A DNA stretch of 64,000 nt from Candidatus Caldarchaeales archaeon (GTDB lineage Archaea; Thermoproteota; Nitrososphaeria_A; Caldarchaeales; Calditenuaceae), in NCBI GenBank assembly GCA_039630085.1, contig JBCNVM010000005.1, forward strand, positions 14,122 through 78,121, in the 5' to 3' direction. Below, in pieces: positions 46,890 to 54,643 of the stretch (positions within the stretch are counted from its first letter, which is position 1; each line of letters starts with the position of its first letter). The position numbers and the translations under genes are program-made. Below the pieces are notes generated by a model that was not told the DNA's origin, searched no databases, and worked only from the letters and a program-made list of their open reading frames with translations.

Positions 46890-49022
46890 TCAGTCCACGA
46901 TCTCGTAGATGTAGACGTACGCGTAGGTGTTCGGGCTGTAGGGCGGACTGGAGGAGTAGACCAGCCTGAAGCCCTCGATCTGGGGCGGGGCATACGTGTA
47001 GTAGGTCTGTGCTCCGAGCCTGACGGGCTTGTAAGGTATCATCAGCCCGAGCGTCGTCTCACTCCAGAACTTCTCGGTCGCGGTGGTCGGAGATCCCTCT
47101 GGGCCGAGAAGGCTCGCCTCGTCGATCTTCGGATAGCCTATGTTTTCCGCTTCTTGATTCGCTATCTTCAACATCCAATACCATTTGCTCTCGTCTCCGT
47201 AAAACAAGAGCTGGCCTCCCTGCTGGCCTCCGACGAAGGGCGCGAAGGTCACGAAGATCAGGACGTGCGTCGCACCGAGCTCCTTGAAGATCCTCTTGCT
47301 CGCGTTGGGGGGCGAGAGGAACGCGTAAGCGATCTTCGCGATTCTGATGCTGTCGATGGTCGTGTTGTCGATGATGCTGGTCCTGTTGCCGAGCCTCGAG
47401 ATCCAGTTGCCGTAGTCCCACCAGGATGCCACGACCGCGCCCTGTGGCAGGTTGTTCCTCATCCACTCGAGGGCCCTCGGCCAGTCGTGGAGGGGTTGCT
47501 TGACGGGCAGGCTGCTGGCCAGCACGGTCGGCGGGACGTCGGCGTAGTCGATGCTGGAGTACTGGGAGAGCCCTCCGGCCCTAGCGGGGACGTAGTAAAG
47601 CGTGAGCGCGAGCAGGACCGCCAGAGGGACCGCGATCGCGACCCTGCTCTCAAACGGAGTCCTCCTCTTCGCCCTCGGGGCTGGAGCGGCTAGGGCCCTG
47701 AAGGTCGACTCGAGGACGTGGGAGACCGTCGTCCCTGCGAGCACGGCCACGACCGGAGAGGTCGGGAGTGCCAGCCTCACCATCGAGGAGGCGAAGTAGA
47801 ACGCTAGGACCGCGTATACCGTGAGGAAGACCGCCTCGTTGGTTCCCCTCTTAACCAGCAGGAAGAGCGCGAAGGGCGCGAGGAGGAGCGTCGGGCCGAA
47901 GTCGAGGAAGAGCGATCCCCAGGTCGCCAGCTGGTTCTCGGCCACCGATTGGACGATAGGGAGGGTTCCCCTCAGCTGCGGCAGGAGCACAGAGAAGAAC
48001 TTCAGGCCGGGAATGTCTAGGGCGCCGAGCGCGAGGGAGGCCAGCCCTAGGACCCCGATGGCGAGCACGATGCCCCTCGTCACGAGGAGGGACCTGACCT
48101 CGTCGAGGCGCTCCTTCGCCAACCACGCGGCCACCAGATAAGGGATGACGAGCCAGCCCGCCGCCATGCTGACCTCGGTTAGGTAGCCGACGCCGAGCTT
48201 GGGGACGTTGACCGCGATCGATGCGTAGGTCGCAAAGGCCGCGAGGTAAGCCACCAGGACTCTCCTGTCCATCCTGCCTAGAAACGCCAGCACCGCCGTG
48301 TAGAGAGGTATCAGCGCGATCACGAGCCTGTGCGCTCCCCAAGTGGCCGTGACGTATCCGACCAACAGCCCCGCCAAGAGCCCGAAGAGCAGTGAACCTC
48401 TCAGGGTCCTCTTCTCGTTGATGGCGATCAGGTAGAAGAGAAAGGCCGCGTGCATCAGAGGTATCGAGAGGGCCTCGTCGTCGAACCAGCCGTAGTGGGT
48501 CCTCGAGATGTGAGCCGCGCTGACCGCGAGGAGGAGCGCCGAGGCGAGGGCCGCGCCCCTACCGACGACGTACCTCGCGAAGAAGTAAACGACCACAACG
48601 GTTACCATCCCGTAGAAGACGGGAAGCGCCGAGGCTAGCGCGACGGGGTCAACCGTTGCGCCCATCGAGGAGAGGGTCAGGTAGAGGAAGGCCATCGTGA
48701 AGGCCACGCCGGGGTAGAAGGTCGTCCCCACGTTCAGGCCCGTTGGGTGCCACGAGAGCGTGTCGACCATCCCCCTGAACTCCCAGAACCCCGCCCAGCC
48801 CCTCTCGATGATCATCCTCGCGACCGTGTAGTGCCACCAGGGGTCGAACTCGCTCAGGACTGGGCCCCACTTGGCGGGGAGGGACCTCACCATGAATGCC
48901 GCCGAGATTGCCAGCAGCAATACCGCGGCCTCGAGGGGCGTCAGCCTCCCGCCGAGCCTCCTGTCGAGCCACCGCAGGACACCGGAGAGCCTTCCCAGCA
49001 GCCTGCGCGCTCCGCGCCGCAT
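46890..49022 (-). CDS. aglB: dolichyl-phosphooligosaccharide-protein glycosyltransferase AglB (STT3 homologue)
   Basis: 13 TM N-terminal domain and the WWDYG motif in the C-terminal domain. Confidence 0.9.
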   Translation of the reverse strand: MRRGARRLLGRLSGVLRWLDRRLGGRLTPLEAAVLLLAISAAFMVRSLPAKWGPVLSEFDPWWHYTVARMIIERGWAGFWEFRGMVDTLSWHPTGLNVGTTFYPGVAFTMAFLYLTLSSMGATVDPVALASALPVFYGMVTVVVVYFFARYVVGRGAALASALLLAVSAAHISRTHYGWFDDEALSIPLMHAAFLFYLIAINEKRTLRGSLLFGLLAGLLVGYVTATWGAHRLVIALIPLYTAVLAFLGRMDRRVLVAYLAAFATYASIAVNVPKLGVGYLTEVSMAAGWLVIPYLVAAWLAKERLDEVRSLLVTRGIVLAIGVLGLASLALGALDIPGLKFFSVLLPQLRGTLPIVQSVAENQLATWGSLFLDFGPTLLLAPFALFLLVKRGTNEAVFLTVYAVLAFYFASSMVRLALPTSPVVAVLAGTTVSHVLESTFRALAAPAPRAKRRTPFESRVAIAVPLAVLLALTLYYVPARAGGLSQYSSIDYADVPPTVLASSLPVKQPLHDWPRALEWMRNNLPQGAVVASWWDYGNWISRLGNRTSIIDNTTIDSIRIAKIAYAFLSPPNASKRIFKELGATHVLIFVTFAPFVGGQQGGQLLFYGDESKWYWMLKIANQEAENIGYPKIDEASLLGPEGSPTTATEKFWSETTLGLMIPYKPVRLGAQTYYTYAPPQIEGFRLVYSSSPPYSPNTYAYVYIYEIVD

Positions 49023-49071
49023 CGCCGGTTACCGCGTGGCCTCACCTAATAACGTAACCCCACGGATTTGC

Positions 49072-49365
49072 TCACTTGGCGAGCCCGAAGGCCAGTCCGA
49101 CTAGGAACCCGACGAAGAACAGCGGATAGCTCAGAAGCGGTCCGAGCGCGCTCCTCGCCGAATCCACTACCGGTCTCAGGGCCACGAGGATGGTCCGAAT
49201 TGGTGGCGCGTCGGCGAGGGCGAGGCCGAGGAGATGCGCGACGATGATGACCGTCAGCACCAACGCGAGTCCCCTGAGAGCCCGCGCCGTCCCGTATCCA
49301 ATCAGCATTCCAGCCATTAGGGTGAGTCCGTGGACCACGTACTGCTGGGTCAGGGCGTCCAGCAA
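49072..49365 (-). CDS. small integral membrane protein (3 TM), hypothetical
   Basis: 97 aa, hydrophobic, with its own TATA-like element upstream. Confidence 0.4.
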   Translation of the reverse strand: MLDALTQQYVVHGLTLMAGMLIGYGTARALRGLALVLTVIIVAHLLGLALADAPPIRTILVALRPVVDSARSALGPLLSYPLFFVGFLVGLAFGLAK

Positions 49366-49420
49366 CGCAGCCCTCTAGTGTCAGTTTGAGCAGACGCCTA
49401 TAATTTTTTCCGTCACACCG

Positions 49421-50350
49421 TCAGACCCATTTCCACCTGCCGTATACGAGGTAGAGTAGCGCGGCCCCGGTGTGCATCCTGTTCTCGGCCTGGTCGATCA
49501 TCACGGAGCTGGGGCCGTCGGCGACCTCGGCCTCGACCTCCTCGCCCCTCTTCACCGGCATGCAGTGCATGAACCTCGCTCCGGGCTTGGCACCAGCCAT
49601 GAGCTCCCTCGTGACCCTGTAGCGTGGTATGAAGGCCTTCAGCCTCCGCTCCCTCTCGGCCTCGAAGCCCATCGAGATGAAGACGTCGGTGTAGACGAAG
49701 TCCGCGCCCTTCACGGCCTCGGCTGGGTCGTCGGTGAACGTGAGCTCCGAGCCGGAAGCCCTGGCAGCCTCGAGGGCCCTTCTCCTCTCCTCCTCCGGCA
49801 CCCAGTAACCCTCAGGGGAGGCGATCGCGAAGTCGACGCCAGTCAGGGCGCAGGCCTGCATCAGGGAGGTGGCTACGTTGTTCCCGTCGCCGACGAAGGC
49901 CACCTTGACCCCCTTGAAGGTCCCCTTCAGCTCGAAGACCGTCATCAGGTCGGCGAGGGCCTGGCAGGGGTGATGCCTGTCGGAGAGGGCGTTGATCACC
50001 GGGACCCTCGAGCTCGCGGCCAGCTCCCTCAGAGTGGCGTGGCTGTAGACCCTGCAGACGAGCCCGTCGACGTACCTCGAGAGGACCCTGCCGACGTCGC
50101 TGACCGGCTCGCCCCTCGCGAGCTGCAGCTCCGCGGAGGAGATGTAGTCGAACCTCCCCCCCAGCCTGCTGATGGCCGACGTGAAAGAGACCCGCGTCCT
50201 CGTCGAGGGCTTCTCGAAGATCAGGCCGATCGTCCTCCCCTTGAGCCCAGCGCTCGGGTACCCCTCCGACTTGAAACGCACAGCGGTCCTGACCGCCTCG
50301 ACGAATTCATCCCTCGAGAGGTCCAGGACCTCGAGGAAGTGCCTCGTCAT
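49421..50350 (-). CDS. argF: ornithine carbamoyltransferase
   Basis: STRTR, HPCQALAD and HCMPxxRGEEV motifs. OTCase-type N-terminus (LKGRTIGLIFEKPSTRTRVSF). Confidence 0.85.
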   Translation of the reverse strand: MTRHFLEVLDLSRDEFVEAVRTAVRFKSEGYPSAGLKGRTIGLIFEKPSTRTRVSFTSAISRLGGRFDYISSAELQLARGEPVSDVGRVLSRYVDGLVCRVYSHATLRELAASSRVPVINALSDRHHPCQALADLMTVFELKGTFKGVKVAFVGDGNNVATSLMQACALTGVDFAIASPEGYWVPEEERRRALEAARASGSELTFTDDPAEAVKGADFVYTDVFISMGFEAERERRLKAFIPRYRVTRELMAGAKPGARFMHCMPVKRGEEVEAEVADGPSSVMIDQAENRMHTGAALLYLVYGRWKWV

Positions 50351-50466
50351 CTCGGCAACGGACTCCGACCGTGAAATAATAGCGTATCCGGCTCAGCGCG
50401 CACTTCCACCTTCATACGAGTCCCGCTCTCTCCGCTTAAATCGGATACAGGCACCGGCGCTCCGGG

Positions 50467-50655
50467 TTGGCGGTCCAGCTCAGGGCCAGGAGCGGGCTGA
50501 GGCCCCTTACCGTGAGGCTGCCGGAGGCGTACCTCGACGCGCTGGAGGAGCTGGTCGACTCGGGGGTGTACGCGAGCGTCGCCGAGGCCGTCCGCATGGC
50601 GATAAGGGACCTGATCTCGAGGGAGGGTTTCCTGATCAGGTCGGAGCGGAGATGA
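50467..50655 (+). CDS. ribbon-helix-helix (CopG/Arc-family) DNA-binding protein
   Basis: Beta-strand (LTVRLPEAYLD) followed by two helices in about 60 aa. TATA gcttaaatcgg upstream. Confidence 0.6.
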   Translation: MAVQLRARSGLRPLTVRLPEAYLDALEELVDSGVYASVAEAVRMAIRDLISREGFLIRSERR

Positions 50656-51074
50656 GCCGGAGCCTGATGGTCGAGGAGGTCGAGGACGCGCTGCTCGGGA
50701 TCGCGGAGAGGCTGAAGGGTGAGGGCCTGATCGCGGCCGTGGCGAGGGATCTCACGCCGCCCGTCTACCCGAGGGTCTACGTCCTCCTGAGGGAGGTGCA
50801 CCTCGCGAGAACCACCGTCGCCGGGAGCGGGCTCAACGTCGACCAGGAGTACGAGGTCGTCGTGGAGAGCTCAGGGCCCGACGCAGCGCTCCAGGCTTCA
50901 GAGGCCGTCAGGGCGGCGGTAAGGTTCGCGGAGCTCGTCCTTTCCGAGGGGCCGAGGGAGGTCGGCGGCCTCCCCCTCGAGCTATTCCCCTACGAGCTGA
51001 GGGTGGTCGATGTCCTCGAGTCGGGGAGGAGGTCGACGGTCGTCTCGGTGCGCGTGAGGGCCCGCGTTGGCTGA
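50652..51074 (+). CDS. hypothetical protein translationally coupled (ATGA) to the RHH gene
   Basis: 140-aa ORF starting at the ATG at 50652. No domain recognised. Its 3' end overlaps a minus-strand ORF. Confidence 0.45.
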   Translation: MSRSLMVEEVEDALLGIAERLKGEGLIAAVARDLTPPVYPRVYVLLREVHLARTTVAGSGLNVDQEYEVVVESSGPDAALQASEAVRAAVRFAELVLSEGPREVGGLPLELFPYELRVVDVLESGRRSTVVSVRVRARVG

Positions 51075-51519
51075 CCCCTTCCTCGGGCCTACCTCCCAGT
51101 AGCCTCATCAGCGCCAGAGAGAGCGCCGTCACGGCGACGCCCAAAGGAAGGAGGATCGGAGAGGCCGTCCTGAAGTCCCTCCTCGTGGCGACCAGCATCG
51201 CGACGCCGACGCCGTAGGCCGTGCCGAGCGCTGCGACCGCCCTCCTGAAGATGATGGACCTCTCGGTATAGGCGAGTCCTGCAGCGGCCGCGAGGGCCAT
51301 CGAGCCCGCTGCCAGAAGGGCCAGCGACTCCGCGGACCTCCCCCTCACTCTGATCTCGTACTCCTCGAAGTGGACCGGCAGGTCGCCGAAGAGAGGGACG
51401 TGGAGCTCCCTCACGACGGTCCTCCTGACGAGCTCCGACTCGGGCGAAGAGAGCATGAGCCCCCCTGCCAGCAGAACTAGGGCGGCGAACGCGAGCCCGA
51501 CAATCAGCGCGGCCCTCAT
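50908..51519 (-). CDS. membrane protein (4 TM) with an R/P-rich low-complexity tail; doubtful 3' extent
   Basis: Hydrophobic N-terminal 140 aa. The last roughly 55 codons run antisense to the 50652-51074 gene and look like shadow sequence. Confidence 0.35.
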   Translation of the reverse strand: MRAALIVGLAFAALVLLAGGLMLSSPESELVRRTVVRELHVPLFGDLPVHFEEYEIRVRGRSAESLALLAAGSMALAAAAGLAYTERSIIFRRAVAALGTAYGVGVAMLVATRRDFRTASPILLPLGVAVTALSLALMRLLGGRPEEGVSQRGPSRAPRRPSTSSPTRGHRPPSARRGIARGGGRRPPSAPRKGRAPRTLPPP

Positions 51520-51806
51520 CTCCCCGAGCCCCTCCGGGAAGCGACGAGGGCGCCCAGCAGGTCGTTCAGCAGCGTCACTGTCCCGCCTGTGAGGAGCATC
51601 TGCTCGAGGCGGAGGTCGTCGAGCTCCAGTCCCAAGTGCGCTGAAATCAGGCCGACCAGCGCTCCGAGGGCGACCGTCCTGAGGAACTTCCTCGGGGAGA
51701 ACTCCTCCCGCCTCCTGGACTTGAGGTAGCCCGCGCCGGCGAAGACCGCTCCGTAGAGCGCGCCCAGCAGCGCAGAGGAGAGGCCCAGCTGGACCTCATG
51801 CTCCAA
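51516..51806 (-). CDS. small membrane protein (2-3 TM; holin-like topology)
   Basis: 96 aa with ATGA overlap to the downstream membrane ORF. Confidence 0.4.
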   Translation of the reverse strand: MEHEVQLGLSSALLGALYGAVFAGAGYLKSRRREEFSPRKFLRTVALGALVGLISAHLGLELDDLRLEQMLLTGGTVTLLNDLLGALVASRRGSGR

Positions 51807-52002
51807 CGGCGTACCACCTCTTGGTCCTCGGAGAAAGCCTGACGGAGCTCCCGCAGCATGGGCACCTGAGCGAGCCCCTCCTGTCCTCGCAGCACCTCAG
51901 GGGGAGCGCGACGTCGCAGACCGCACACCACGCGTACCCGAGCCCGTACCTCACCCTCCTCGACGTGCCGTCGATCGAGACGCAGGCCGACCTGCACCTC
52001 AC
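51796..52002 (-). CDS. small Cys-rich zinc-ribbon protein
   Basis: 68 aa with the pattern CAVCD…CC…CPCCG. Confidence 0.35.
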   Translation of the reverse strand: MRCRSACVSIDGTSRRVRYGLGYAWCAVCDVALPLRCCEDRRGSLRCPCCGSSVRLSPRTKRWYAVGA

Positions 52003-52235
52003 CTTCCACCCGACCTCCTCTCAGCCCTCCTGACCATCTCGCTCAGCGAGAGGCCGCCGCCGAAGCTCCCGACGAGCGTCGCCTCTATCGCCCTGCCGGC
52101 CCAGAGGAGCGCCACGAAGGCCACGGCAAGGAAGATCGCCAAGGCCCCGAGCCAGTCCTCGACGCCGAAGCTGACCGTGACTCCTTTCTGGCTCCTCCTC
52201 ACCGTCAGCCTCGCCTCCCTCCTCATCTCACTCAC
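51999..52235 (-). CDS. small membrane protein (1 TM)
   Basis: 78 aa. Overlaps its neighbours by 4-8 nt, typical of a tight operon. Confidence 0.35.
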   Translation of the reverse strand: MSEMRREARLTVRRSQKGVTVSFGVEDWLGALAIFLAVAFVALLWAGRAIEATLVGSFGGGLSLSEMVRRAERRSGGR

Positions 52236-52554
52236 CCGTCAGGAGCACCGTGCCCCTCGACCGGACGTCCTCCGAGAGGGCCGCGAGCTCCTCCCTCACG
52301 GCTCTCAGCAGGGCCGCGGCCTCCTCCCTCCTCGTCGACCTCCACGCGAGAAAGAGGAGCGCGGCGATGGTGCTGGAGAGCTTCCTGATCCTCATCGGCG
52401 GGTCTGCGAGCGGGACCCGGTGACCGTGGGACTGGAGGGTCGCGTCGATCAGGGACTCAGCCTCTTCTAAGAACACCGCCAGCAGCTGATCGAGTGACGC
52501 GTCGTCCTCTTGAAGTCCGACCTTGACCCTCACGTCCCGGATCGAGCCGTACAT
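52228..52554 (-). CDS. phage gp6-like head-tail connector / DNA-packaging protein family candidate
   Basis: 108 aa. Resembles Phage_connect_1-type proteins (an N-terminal L..DD..D..L..A.E.I segment and a central hydrophobic helix LSSTIAALLFLAWRSTRREEAA). The assignment is from memory of the family, not a search. Confidence 0.4.
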   Translation of the reverse strand: MYGSIRDVRVKVGLQEDDASLDQLLAVFLEEAESLIDATLQSHGHRVPLADPPMRIRKLSSTIAALLFLAWRSTRREEAAALLRAVREELAALSEDVRSRGTVLLTGE

Positions 52555-52677
52555 CGAACTTCGGGAACTCAGGTAACGGATTAGCCCTCGCTATGTTGAA
52601 AGATTGTTTTCAAAACTCAACCTCACCAAAATTCAAAAAACAGCTAGCCAGTAAACCGGGGCTTATCTGAAGGGGCC
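52555..52677. promoter_or_regulatory. AT-rich divergent intergenic/promoter region (markedly lower GC than surroundings)
   Basis: tatgttgaaagattgttttcaaaactcaacctcaccaaaattcaaaaaacagc lies between a minus-strand small-ORF operon and a plus-strand operon. Confidence 0.5.
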
Positions 52678-53022
52678 GTGGCCAGCAGGAGGGTGAGGGA
52701 GCTCCTGAAGGGAGTGAGGGAGGGGGAGCTGGTTGTGGTGAAGTGGTGGGACGCGTGCACTTGGAGGGACGTCCCGAACTCGGTCAGGAACCCGGAGAAG
52801 GTCGACAGCCCCATCTACTCGATCGGTGCGTTCGGAGGACTGGTCAGGGGAGAGAGGATCGAGTACCTGCGGCTGGTGGTGGAGAGGAAGCCCGAGACGA
52901 GCGACATCACGTACATCCCCGTCCAGCTGGTCGAGAGCGTCGGGAGGGAGAGGTTCAGTGCACCGAAGAAGGGCGTGAGGAACTACCTCGACAACGTGAG
53001 GTACTACGGTGACGGGCGTTGA
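52678..53022 (+). CDS. hypothetical protein (first gene of the terminase operon)
   Basis: 114-aa ORF with no domain call. Confidence 0.4.
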   Translation: MASRRVRELLKGVREGELVVVKWWDACTWRDVPNSVRNPEKVDSPIYSIGAFGGLVRGERIEYLRLVVERKPETSDITYIPVQLVESVGRERFSAPKKGVRNYLDNVRYYGDGR

Positions 53023-53333
53023 GAGGCTCCCTGAGCCGGAGGGTCACGAGGGTCGAGAGGGGGCTCGCGAGGATCGCGAGGGCCGTTGAGAGGAGGTCGC
53101 AGGAGGGGCAGGCGCCGTCGGACTGGAGGCGGCTCGAGGAGGAGGTCTGGTCGCTGGTCCAGGAGGCCTGCTCGCTTTCACAGGCCGCGAAGTCCAAGGG
53201 CGACATCAGGACTTCCCAGGCCTGCGTTGGAATGGCACTGAGGGGGCTGGCGCTGCTGGGGAGGCTGAGGAGGGAACGGGAGCTGGAGGAGATCAGGGCC
53301 CTTGTCGAGCGGATGGAGGGCGGGTCGGGGTGA
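53019..53333 (+). CDS. small helical protein, candidate terminase small subunit / DNA-binding partner
   Basis: 104 aa, predicted alpha-helical and basic. ATGA-coupled immediately upstream of the large terminase. Confidence 0.35.
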   Translation: MRGSLSRRVTRVERGLARIARAVERRSQEGQAPSDWRRLEEEVWSLVQEACSLSQAAKSKGDIRTSQACVGMALRGLALLGRLRRERELEEIRALVERMEGGSG

Positions 53334-54643
53334 GTCCCGCGGTCCCGAGGGAGCTGAGGAGGCGGGTCGAGGCTCTGAGGAGATTGAGGGAGTCGGGGCG
53401 AGTCCGCGTCCCAGAGGACCCGCTCGAGTTCGCGGTCGGGTTCCTCTCTTGGAGGCCCTTCCCCTATCAGGCCGACCTCCTCACGGACGCGAGCCCGAGG
53501 ATCTGCGTCTGTGCCGCGAGGCAGGTGGGGAAGTCGACGACTGCGGCCGCGAAGGTCCTCCACCTCTGCCTGACCAAGCCGGGCTCGAGGGCGCTGGTGG
53601 TCGCGCCGACGTTGAGGCAGAGCGCGCTCTTCCTCGAGAGGGTCGAGGATCACCTGAGGTCCTCCAGGGCAGGGCCCTCGCTGGTCGCGGGACGGGACAG
53701 GACCTCGGTCAGGTTCGTCAACGGCAGCAGGGTCGTCGCGCTTCCCTCGGGGAGGTTCGGCCACACGATAAGGGGCTTCACCGCGGACCTCGTCGTTGTC
53801 GACGAAGCGGCCTTCGTCCCGGAGGAGGTGATAACGCAGGCCTTGATGCCTCAGGTCGCGACGACCGGCGGGAGCTTCCTGATGATCAGCACGCCCTGGG
53901 ACAAGAACCACGTCTTCTACAGGTGCTTCACCAGCGGCGACTGGAGCGTGAAGAGGTGGCCCGTGAGCGTCTGCCCCCTGATCCCCAGCGGGTTCATCGA
54001 GGAGCAGAGGAGGTTGATCGGCGACGAGGCGTTCAGGAGGGAGTACCTCGCGGAGTTCGTCGAGGACGCCGCGTCTTTCTTCTCGGCGGACCTGATCAGG
54101 AGGTGCGTGGACGACTACGAGGCCCGGCCCAGCGGCGACACTGAGCTGACCGCGGGCTTCGACTGGGGAGGCAGGTCGGACCCAAACGCGCTGGTCGTCG
54201 TCGAGCGGAGGGCCGAAGTCCTCAGGGTTGTCCACGTCGAGTCCTGGATGAGCGACAGCTACACCTACTCGGCCTCGAGGGTCGCGAGGCTCCAGAGGGA
54301 GATGGGGTTCAGGGTCGTGCTGGAGGAGATCGGCGCGGGTCTCCTGATCAGGGAGCAGCTGGAGTCCCACGGAGTCGAGGTGATCGGAGTGGGTCCAGCG
54401 GATATCGAGAGGACGATGCTGCTGCTGAGGGTCCTGATGGAGTCGGGGAGGCTGAGGACGTACCTCGACAACAGGCTGATCGACTCGCTGCGGGCTGTCA
54501 AGCACGAGAGGACGAAGGGAGGAAGGGTGAGGTTCTACCACGAGCCGGGGACCCACGACGACCTCGCCAGGGCGCTCGCGCTGGCCGCGTGGGGAGCGAC
54601 AGTCTCGGGCTCCGGAGCGACCGCCTCGCTCTTGGAGGCATGA
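53330..54643 (+). CDS. terL: phage terminase large subunit-like protein (ATPase + RNase-H-like nuclease)
   Basis: Terminase ATPase motifs: Q-motif FPYQADLL, Walker A CAARQVGKST, VVAPTLRQS, Walker B LVVVDEAAFV, C-motif LMISTPWD. Nuclease-domain acidic residues: GFDWGGRSD, EEIGAG, HDDLARALALA. Confidence 0.75.
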   Translation: MSPAVPRELRRRVEALRRLRESGRVRVPEDPLEFAVGFLSWRPFPYQADLLTDASPRICVCAARQVGKSTTAAAKVLHLCLTKPGSRALVVAPTLRQSALFLERVEDHLRSSRAGPSLVAGRDRTSVRFVNGSRVVALPSGRFGHTIRGFTADLVVVDEAAFVPEEVITQALMPQVATTGGSFLMISTPWDKNHVFYRCFTSGDWSVKRWPVSVCPLIPSGFIEEQRRLIGDEAFRREYLAEFVEDAASFFSADLIRRCVDDYEARPSGDTELTAGFDWGGRSDPNALVVVERRAEVLRVVHVESWMSDSYTYSASRVARLQREMGFRVVLEEIGAGLLIREQLESHGVEVIGVGPADIERTMLLLRVLMESGRLRTYLDNRLIDSLRAVKHERTKGGRVRFYHEPGTHDDLARALALAAWGATVSGSGATASLLEA

